In this document: piece after piece, positions 57,443 to 64,000 of the stretch
Layout: every line of letters begins with the position of its first letter
How positions within the stretch are numbered: position 1 is the stretch's first letter
DNA from: Octopus vulgaris
Lineage: Eukaryota
DNA length: 64,000 bases
Assembly: GCA_951406725.2 (NCBI GenBank)
Contig: OX597833.1
Coordinates: 52,514,001-52,578,000, forward strand
Direction of reading: 5' to 3'
Position numbers and translations under genes: made by a program
The notes under the pieces: model-generated
Databases searched by the model: none
Told to the model about the DNA's origin: nothing
What the model saw: the letters and a program-made list of their open reading frames with translations, nothing else

Positions 57443-57756
57443 TCCTATTCTTGAAGCAGACTCTTACTAATTTTCTTAGCATTTTCAATAGTCCTCTCGC
57501 TAAATTTCAACATCCCAAGCTGTTAACAGAATCCCAGTTAATTGTGCTAAACTTAGCACATCATCTATACTCTCAATACTAACCGCATTGTTTTGTGAGT
57601 GCGATGTTTCTTGCCTTAGGCAGGAGGCAGTTGGAAACCTCTGTTTCTAGTCTAAAGCAGGATGCATTCGGAAACCTCTGCAGATTTTAGCTTCTAACTA
57701 TAATCTCCAGTTGAATTAGGCATCCTTTCCATTTGTAATTCTTGTCACGATACATG

Positions 57757-58045
57757 CATCGTTAAAGACGTACGCCCCCAAATGGGTATATTAACCGAAT
57801 AACTTGTGGTCCCATAGCGAGATTATGTGTGTACTGTGTTCATAAATTAGAGTTGTTTTCGAAGAACATGTATCCCAGAAATGTCTACAATATCATATGA
57901 ACATCGTTAAAGTCATACAGCACCAGGTGGATATATTAACCGAATAACTGTGGTCCCATGACGAGATTATATTAGTTGTTCAGACTTAATAACATAAAAT
58001 TGTTTTGGAAGAACAAACATCCCTGCAATATATTGTCTAATATAT
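57757..58045. repeat. Diverged 145-bp tandem duplication
   Basis: catcgttaaag...tatattaaccgaataac..tgtggtcccat..cgagattat starts at 57757 and 57902. Confidence 0.75.
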
Positions 58046-58924
58046 ATCGGTAGGGTAACCGGTACATTTATCTAATTACTACTTCAGATGTTTAATTAGT
58101 TAATTAGCCGGAATAAAATATTGTTTATTCAGTAGTAGATATTTAAATTAAGACACAAGGAGAAAAGGAAAAAGCGAAAGAGAAGAACAAAGAGGACGAA
58201 GGATTTGCCTCTCGAAAAGTGTCTCTTTTACATCTATGAAATGTATCCAGAAACTTGAGAGTAAGGAGGAACATAACAGGCAGATAATGAAGGGATAATG
58301 GTGCACGAATCTAAATGAACGGTAAACTTATTTTATACACATTACATAAAAAGGTGAAACAGAAGCCGCAGATTCTCGTGTCTATAAGATGAATAAACAA
58401 CGTGAGTATCCGGAGTTCGTCGCTTGTCGCCAGCATTCCGCTGTGTCCAGTCTACATTCATGTAAGCAGATATACCCAAGCGTTATATTTCATCGCCGTA
58501 AATAACTGTAGAACCTTGTAATATCGACGAATATTTCGTTATCTTGCCGTGCTACGTTTAGCATCCTTATGACACTATGGATAGATGGAGTATTAAGTTT
58601 GACTGGTTAGTATCCAATCTCAGATACAGACACGGAGGAAGCCAGGTTGCAAAGCATAAAAAACAACTAAGTGTCATTTCTCAAATGATATGGCGTTTCC
58701 GGTGTGATTATTCATCAATAGTTGGTTATTTTTAAATGTTGTATTTGTTCACACTAGTGTTTAATTAGTCGACAGGAAAGAAGATATATATATCCTTCGA
58801 TTAATGCTGCTTAAAATCGGAGGTATTATTTTAATATTTTAATCATGAGAAAAAAATAATGCCCATGACACTTTACAAGGACTTCTGAGACTTGTCGGGG
58901 GAAAGGAGAAAATTTATAACCGGC

Positions 58925-59235
58925 ACGCAGTCGGTTTTGACGACGAGGGTTCCAGTTGATCCAATCAATGGAACAGCCTGCTCAAGAAACTATCGCACAA
59001 GTGGTTGAGCACTCAACAAACATGCATACCCTTAACGTAATTCTGAGGGAGATTCATCGTGACACAGTATATGACAAAGCTGGCCCTTTGAAATACAGAT
59101 ATAATTAATTTTGCCAGCTGAGTGGGCTGGAAACACGTGAAATAAAGTATCTTGCTCAAGACCACAACAAACCACCGAGAATCGAACTCAGGACCTCACG
59201 ATCATGAGCCAAATACTCCTAACCACTAAGTCATG
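58925..59235 (-). mobile_element. SINE head D with B-type tail
   Basis: Homologous to 24877-25188. Confidence 0.75.
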
Positions 59236-59524
59236 TTTTTTCAAGGAAGTTTATGACAAACTAGAGACATAACCCGAATGTTTGCAATAGTCTGGATTTT
59301 GCTACAAGAGCGCAGAACACCAGCCGATTGTATTAAATTGAACAACAGATTAAGCTTATTATTCAAGTAAAGTACAGTAGGATTTGAACTCAAAATGCAA
59401 TTATTTCACAGTTCTATATTTAAGAAATGAGAAATTATGTACATTATATATATTATTTACATTATTTGCATTATTTGCATTATTTACATTTGATGGATAT
59501 TTGTCCTCATCTTGTTTGTTGTTA

Positions 59525-59568
59525 ACACAACGTTTCAGCTGATTTACCCTCCAGCCTTCTTCAGGTGT
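59525..59568 (-). ncRNA. Minimal type I HHR (family 7) in PLE-like remnant 59408-59622
   Basis: Reverse complement ACAC-CUGAAGA-A-GGCUG..CAGCU-GAAAC-GUU-GUGU; stem III reduced to the AACGUU palindrome. Confidence 0.65.
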
Positions 59569-59618
59569 CTTGAGGAAATTTCGAACCTGGGTTCTCTCAT
59601 CCCTAAGGTAGTTTTCGA

Positions 59619-59651
<33 letters not shown>

Positions 59652-59725
59652 TTTTATTATTATTATTAGTAGTAGTAGTAGTAATAGTAGTAGTAGTAGT
59701 AGTAGTAGTAGTAGCAGCAGCTGCA

Positions 59726-59803
<78 letters not shown>

Positions 59804-59981
59804 TTGTTATTATTATTATTATTTGAGGCGGCGAGCTGGCTTTCATCCTTTCGGAGTCGATCAGATAAGTATCAGATGAGTACTGAAGTCGATGTAATCC
59901 CATAATTTCAGGCCATGAGCTTACAGTAGAAAGGATTGCTATTTGGCGTAAATATATATATATATATAACTATACGTAACT

Positions 59982-60032
<51 letters not shown>

Positions 60033-60224
60033 TTCATCATCGCTATTGTTATTATCATGATGATGATAATCATCTCCATCGTTTGTCGTCGTCTTCATGG
60101 CTATCACTACTATTCTCCTCACCTCCTCCTCTTCATCTCCTCACCTCCTCCTTCTCCTCTTCACCTCCTTCTCCCTCTCACCTTCTTCTCCTCCTCACCT
60201 CTTCCTCCTCCTCCTCTCCCTCCC

Positions 60225-60255
<31 letters not shown>

Positions 60256-61857
60256 GTCATCATCATCATCATCATCATCATCGTCGTCGTCATCATCATC
60301 ATCATCATCATGGTCAAAACATTTCCTATAAGTCCCACCCCACCTCCTTTACTCTTGTGTCAACATTATACTCTTTCCAAACACTCCCTACCCCTCATCT
60401 CTGATTCTCTCATTCTCTCACACACTCTCTCACCCTCTCTTTCTCCCATCCCAACCACCCACCCACCCCCATCTCCCACACACGTCCCACCCTTATTCAT
60501 AGTGATTGACATGCACTAACACGTCCTATATTTTTAGAAGGTCATTTCAGAGTCTGGTCGTTTCTGAACACCCTGACCTCACGCGCTCATTTTCCTGTCT
60601 CGGTTCATCTTACCTGCGCCACGTATCCTCCCACTCAATGACTAAACATCACCAACACCACCACCACCACCACCGCCACCATCGTCACCAGCTCCCACTA
60701 CCCTACCTACTGCCACCACCACTACCACCACCGGCACCGCCACCTCACCAGCTGTCTTTGCTTTGCTTATTCAATAAATACTTCACTTCCACTTTTCGCA
60801 CCTATAACAACCACAATCAACACCACACCACCACCACCACCACCGCCATCAATACCACACCGCCACCACCACCACCACTGCTATCGCCACCACAACCACC
60901 ACCACTACTATCATCATCACTACCATGATTCCATCACTACTACCATCACCAGTAACACCAGCATCAGCATCTCCACCATCACCATCATCACCATCACCAT
61001 CATCACCATCACCATCACTCCTAGAACAAAGCGCGTCCCTAAACCCTTAACCACCGTCCTCGGTATAACTTTCTCTAAAGCTGCAACCTATCACCACCCC
61101 AACCATTCCCATCAAATCCCCTATTACCATCATCACCATCACCAACACCACAATCCTCAACTTTGGTAGCAGCATCTGCGTTATCTTCATCGTCATCATC
61201 ATCATCAACATCATCATCATCATCATCATCATCACCATCATCATCGTCGTCGCCACAGCTACCTCTTAACGTCGAGAATTTGATTCCATTAAATTCTTAT
61301 TTTTGTTCTAAGGTGACTGAATAAACCTGTTTTGATCTCAAAGACCGCCGACAACGAGGAGACAAGAATTGGAACACAGCTGGATCTAAGTAAGAGTCCT
61401 GCTTTTTGGCCTGTCTTCCTCTTTTGACACCTTCTGTCAGATTCTCCAAAAACACCCAGCGATCTTTCTTATCACTGGCGGGTGAAAGCAGTGCTTGGTG
61501 GAAGGACACCTTACAAAGATTGACCCTGTTGGACTGAGAACTTGGCAATTCTGTGCAGCACAGCTCTGTTGCAGTGACTTTGTACTATATCTCACTTTCG
61601 TAATAAGTTTGATCCGTGAAACCAAAATGCTGGGGCCGGAAAATATGATGTGATTCTGATCATTGCAATTGGTCACTACCTAAATTTATTTACGCGGTGA
61701 TTTTCCATGCTTCTAGCACTTCTGCAATGAAAGCCAATTCCCCATCATGATCTCTTATGGTATTATAACTACCATAAATTCTATTTTTACCGCAAATCTC
61801 GCTAATTCATTCTCAAGCAACGACTAAGTCAACTACGAAAATTGCTAATTCTGTCAT

Positions 61858-62166
61858 ATTGTTGCTTGTTCCTTCTCGAGCCATACCTGGCTCATAAGGG
61901 CCGGTTTCCCGGTTTCCTTGGCGTATAGCTTCCCAACCTGGACGGGACACCGGTCCGTCGCAGGTGAGCTGCAAGATGCAGGACGAAAGAGTGAGAGAAA
62001 GTTGTGGCGAAAGAGTCAGCAGAAGTTCGCCATTACCTTCTGCCGGAGCCGCGTGAAGCTTAGGTGTTTCGCTCATAAAACACACACACATCGCCCGGTC
62101 TGAGATTCGAACCCGCGATACCTCGGCCGCGAGTCCGCTGCTCTAACCACTAGGTCATGTGCCTCC
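61858..62166 (-). mobile_element. SINE family B head with Meta-like tail
   Basis: Near-identical to 30118-30420; ctaattctg on both flanks. Confidence 0.88.
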
Positions 62167-62167
62167 A

Positions 62168-62640
62168 CTAATTCTGCCTTAAACGTAGTTAATTCTACTA
62201 CTAAAATTATTTATTCTTCCTCAAATTCCACAAATTCTACAAAAATTACAACTAATTCTACGATAGACTATTGATTCTACTTAAAACACTGCTAATTGTA
62301 CTAAGGACCCTACTAAGTCTACTCAAACACAACTAATTCTGTAGCAAACACCACTTATTCTACTACAGTCAGCACTAATTCTACCATAAACCCCGCTAAA
62401 TCTACCACAAACACCACTAATTCTACCAAAAAACGCTTCTTACTCTTGCACAAACATCAGTAATTTTAATACAAACATTAGATATATTGCAATTAATTCC
62501 AGTTCTGCTACAATCATTGCTAATTCTACCACAAACTTTTATTATTCCTACCATAAACATCTCTATCCTATTACTAAGTGAGAGTTTACCACAAAATCCA
62601 ATAGCACCATCACCTATTATTTTATGAAGGAATTCCATAA
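62168..62640. repeat. Degenerate ~21-bp minisatellite (ctaattctac.acaaacacca)
   Basis: Recurrent taattctac motif, also at 61780-61855 before the SINE. Confidence 0.6.
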
Positions 62641-62783
62641 CAAAACACCATTAAGTTAATCATACTTCATGGCTTGAGTTGCTAAGTCTGTCGTGTATCT
62701 TACACACACCATCTTCACGTAGAAAGAACACCGCAGATAAACAAGAAATACAATAAAATGAGATGCTAAAACATTTGATTGTA

Positions 62784-64000
62784 CGAGGGACGTTCAATAA
62801 GTAATGCCTCTGACCCACTTGCAGTTGTTTGATCTAGCTGCATGTGCAATCATTTATATCTCTATAGAGTAAGTGGCAAATTACAGCTCTGAATTAATTG
62901 TGGTTTCTGATTTACAGGTGTTTGAACCGAGTCAAGTGTGAAATGGAGCCTGTTGAGTGTCGAGCAGTGATCCGGTTTTTGTATTTGAAAGGACGCACAC
63001 CACGGGAGACTTTTGATGAAATGAAAGTAACTTATGGTGATGATGCCCCATCATATGACCTTGTAAAACGCTGCCATCGTGAATTCAAACTCTGTGGAAC
63101 TCTGTGGAAACAGCTCCCAGATCTGGTCGCCCCTTCTGCCATTGATGAGGCATCTGTCCGTCAAGTTGAGGCTGCCATTTTCGAAGATCGACGCATAATT
63201 ATTCGCCAAATAGCCCATGAGTTCAAGATTAGTACCGGGTCTGTGGAAACTATCATTCATGACCATTTGCATATGCAAAAGGTGTCTGCCAGATGGATTC
63301 CCAGGTTGCTCACACCTTTCCAGAAGCAAGAACGCGTCCAGTGCTCGAGGGTGAATTTGGAGATGTGCCAAGAAGATGAGTTAAAATTTTTCAAAAGACT
63401 GATTACACAGGATGAAACCTGGGTCCATCACGATGATCCAGAGACCAAAGCCCAGTCAATGCAGGGGAAGCACCGTGACTCACCCCCTCCAAAGAAGGCA
63501 AGGGTGCAGCCCTCCTCTGGCAAGGTCATGCTCACAGTCTTCTGGGACCAGGACGGAGTAGTGATGACAGATTTCCTGGCAAAGGGTACCACAATTGCAG
63601 GAACCTATTATGCTTCACTTTTGAGGAAATTAAGAGAAGTTATCAAAATCAAGAGGCGGGGCAAGATCAGCAAAGGCATCCTCCTCCTGCAGGACAACGC
63701 TCCGGTCCACAACTCGCTTGTCGCCAGATCAGAAGCACAGGCGTGCGGCTATGAACTCCTCCCCCATCCCCCCTACTCTCCTGACCTTGCACCCTCTGAT
63801 TTTCACCTCTTCCCAGTCATGAAGTTGTTTTTGAAAGGAAAGCGTTTCCCAGATGATGCAGCCTTGATTTCTGAAGTCACGTTCAGGTTGGAGGACCAAG
63901 CTGGGGTCTTCTACAAAAACGGTCTCCAGAGCTGCATCAAACGATGGGAGAAATGCGTAACTCTGGGTGGTTCCTATGTAGAAAAAGACTAATAACTGTG
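62784..64000 (+). mobile_element. Mariner (DD34D) transposon, 3' TIR outside the window
   Basis: TA|cgagggacgttcaataagtaatgcc 5' TIR followed by the transposase ORF. Confidence 0.92.
62943..63992 (+). CDS. Mariner transposase, 349 aa (irritans-like), probably defective
   Basis: MEPVECRAVIRFL HTH, WIPRLL, TQDETW, LQDNAPVH-x34-D and HPPYSPDLAPSDFHLF; compensated frameshift at ~63090-63133. Confidence 0.85.
   Translation: MEPVECRAVIRFLYLKGRTPRETFDEMKVTYGDDAPSYDLVKRCHREFKLCGTLWKQLPDLVAPSAIDEASVRQVEAAIFEDRRIIIRQIAHEFKISTGSVETIIHDHLHMQKVSARWIPRLLTPFQKQERVQCSRVNLEMCQEDELKFFKRLITQDETWVHHDDPETKAQSMQGKHRDSPPPKKARVQPSSGKVMLTVFWDQDGVVMTDFLAKGTTIAGTYYASLLRKLREVIKIKRRGKISKGILLLQDNAPVHNSLVARSEAQACGYELLPHPPYSPDLAPSDFHLFPVMKLFLKGKRFPDDAALISEVTFRLEDQAGVFYKNGLQSCIKRWEKCVTLGGSYVEKD

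Noticed and set aside
62898-62942. N-terminal extension of the mariner ORF in the supplied track
   Set aside because: Non-ATG start; homology begins at ATG 62943.

Overview
Gene-poor, very repeat-rich eukaryotic DNA. The tRNA-derived SINE families, the microsatellite load and the LINE remnants resemble an Octopus (cephalopod) genome; this is pattern recognition, not a database result. I could not support any host protein-coding gene, and almost all of the supplied ORFs are microsatellite translations. The recognisable coding remnants are a near full-length mariner DD34D transposase (62943-63992) with a hidden compensated frameshift, a deleted mariner, a Neptune-type Penelope-like element (PLE) fragment with a GIY-YIG domain (10942-12515), and 3' ends of Dong/R4, CR1/L2-like and Tx1/L1-like LINEs. 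There are also four non-autonomous Helitrons and a Tc1-like MITE. The main hidden signal is a dense set of type I hammerhead ribozyme (HHR) motifs from at least seven unrelated sequence families, most with a palindromic stem III. They lie mainly in short non-coding fold-back elements in or beside (TA)n microsatellites. The best example is a 2-kb palindrome (8832-10820) built from tandem ~480-bp ORF-less units, each carrying one HHR; it is a candidate retrozyme/circular-RNA system mobilised by PLEs. All coordinates were counted by eye and may be off by a few bases.
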